Source: Patescibacteria group bacterium (GTDB lineage: Bacteria > Patescibacteriota > Patescibacteriia > Patescibacteriales > UBA12465). Taken from it: a stretch of 64,000 nucleotides of DNA. The notes under the pieces are model-generated. The model was not told the origin of the DNA. It searched no databases and saw nothing but the letters and a program-made list of their open reading frames with translations. Each line of letters starts with the position of its first letter. The first letter of the stretch is position 1. The position numbers and the translations under genes are program-made. Shown here piece after piece: positions 63,401 through 64,000 of this stretch. The stretch is from the NCBI GenBank assembly GCA_041650715.1, contig JBAZKQ010000001.1, positions 390,945 to 454,944 on the forward strand, read 5' to 3'.

Positions 63401-63416
63401 ACACTATATACAGAAA
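63401..63416. promoter_or_regulatory. NrdR-box-like palindrome 2 (half-degenerate)
   Basis: ACACTATATACAGAAA (12/16 to consensus; left half perfect). Starts 32 bp after box 1, about three helical turns, as in known tandem NrdR sites. Confidence 0.45.
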
Positions 63417-63453
63417 TATTTAAATATCGCTTTAGTATTTCTTTAAAAACTTT

Positions 63454-64000
63454 ATGTTACTATCAGTCACCAAATTGGACGGCAGCGTCCAAATATTCGA
63501 TGCCAATAAAATCAACCAGGCTCTATCCGTCGCTTGTGCGGGTTTAGAAAACCCGGCGGCCAAAGTTACGCAAATCGCCACCGAAACGCAATTAACTCTC
63601 TATAACGGAATCAGTACTAAAGAGCTTGATCAAGCTATTATCGCGACCGCTGTCCAAAATATAAAAGACGATCCCGACTTCGATATTATTGCCGCTCGCC
63701 TTCTCTTAAAACTAATCTACAAAGAAGTGCTCGGCGACTTTAACGATTCGGCGGCGCTAAAAGAACTACATCGCACACAATTTATTAAATACATTAATGA
63801 CGGCATTGTGTCTAAATTCCTCTCCCCGAATTTAGCAGTTTTTGATTTAGAAAAACTGGCCGACACCATTGATTTAGAGCGTGATAGTCTCATTACTTAT
63901 ACCGGACTCTCGACGATGAAATATCGCTATCTGGTTAAGGGGACCTCTCAGGAGCTCCAAGAAACGCCCCAATACTTTTGGATGCGCGTGGCGATGGGTA
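63454..64000 (+). CDS. Ribonucleotide reductase large subunit (ATP-cone plus N-terminal region), 5' part; continues beyond the right edge
   Basis: Hand translation from the ATG at 63454: MLLSVTKLDGSVQIFDANKINQAL (ATP-cone start) ... ITYTGLSTMKYRYLVKGTSQELQETPQYFWMRVAMG (RNR large-subunit N-domain). Open to 64000, so absent from the ORF track. Class I versus class II not resolvable. Confidence 0.8.
   Translation, partial: MLLSVTKLDGSVQIFDANKINQALSVACAGLENPAAKVTQIATETQLTLYNGISTKELDQAIIATAVQNIKDDPDFDIIAARLLLKLIYKEVLGDFNDSAALKELHRTQFIKYINDGIVSKFLSPNLAVFDLEKLADTIDLERDSLITYTGLSTMKYRYLVKGTSQELQETPQYFWMRVAMG

Noticed and set aside
63359-63547. 62-aa ORF-track entry overlapping the RNR start
   Set aside because: It is in a different frame from the open-ended RNR reading frame (ATG at 63454), which shows clear ATP-cone and RNR N-domain similarity. 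It begins in the promoter/NrdR-box region.
1-64000. Alternative genetic code (UGA recoding, as in some CPR lineages)
   Set aside because: Long conserved genes (dnaE, mnmA, parAB, greA) are intact under the standard code. TGA also terminates genes at expected C-termini (12244-12246, 13383-13385).

Overview
This is an AT-rich, gene-dense bacterial chromosomal window with about 63 protein genes, one tRNA-Leu(CAA) and an RNase P RNA that sits in an ORF-free gap. The standard genetic code applies, because TGA is used as a stop (12244-12246, 13383-13385). TTGACA-17-TATAAT-type promoters and hairpin plus T-run terminators can be read by eye.

Housekeeping genes are interleaved with a roughly 20 kb cell-envelope block:
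- Housekeeping: bL25, a SEDS protein, DnaE, ParAB, MnmA, RlmH, GreA, HU, an IMPDH/GMPR-family enzyme, ferritin, a LexA-like repressor with a Y-family polymerase, and the 5' end of an RNR large subunit.
- Envelope block: a phosphoglycosyltransferase, two GT4 enzymes, a Wzy_C+TPR protein, a giant LTD/LamG protein, an Ig-repeat protein, a Cys-free S-layer-like protein, and an ECF sigma factor with a DUF5667-like partner.

The gene content suggests a Patescibacteria/CPR-like small genome; this is an inference and was not tested. Positions 1-43.7 kb are almost entirely minus-strand. I saw no CRISPR array, rRNA, transposase, integrase or reverse transcriptase.

Most interesting observations:
1. A translationally coupled operon of a tandem ATP-grasp ligase, a CelD/Fem-type GNAT and a SET-domain methyltransferase, ending next to HU (34.2-38.8 kb).
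2. A protein combining a sigma region-4-like HTH with an RNA polymerase alpha-CTD-like domain, preceded by tandem 21-nt repeats (50.8-52.0 kb).
3. A roughly 120-aa module shared by the S-layer-like protein N-terminus and the C-terminus of an M23 peptidase.
4. A 447-nt highly structured non-coding region upstream of the S-layer-like gene.
5. A candidate surface-protein O-glycosylation pathway.
6. A small HTH/Bro-N islet with an array of TTAGACT inverted repeats.

All functional calls rest on motif recognition by eye. No database search was run.
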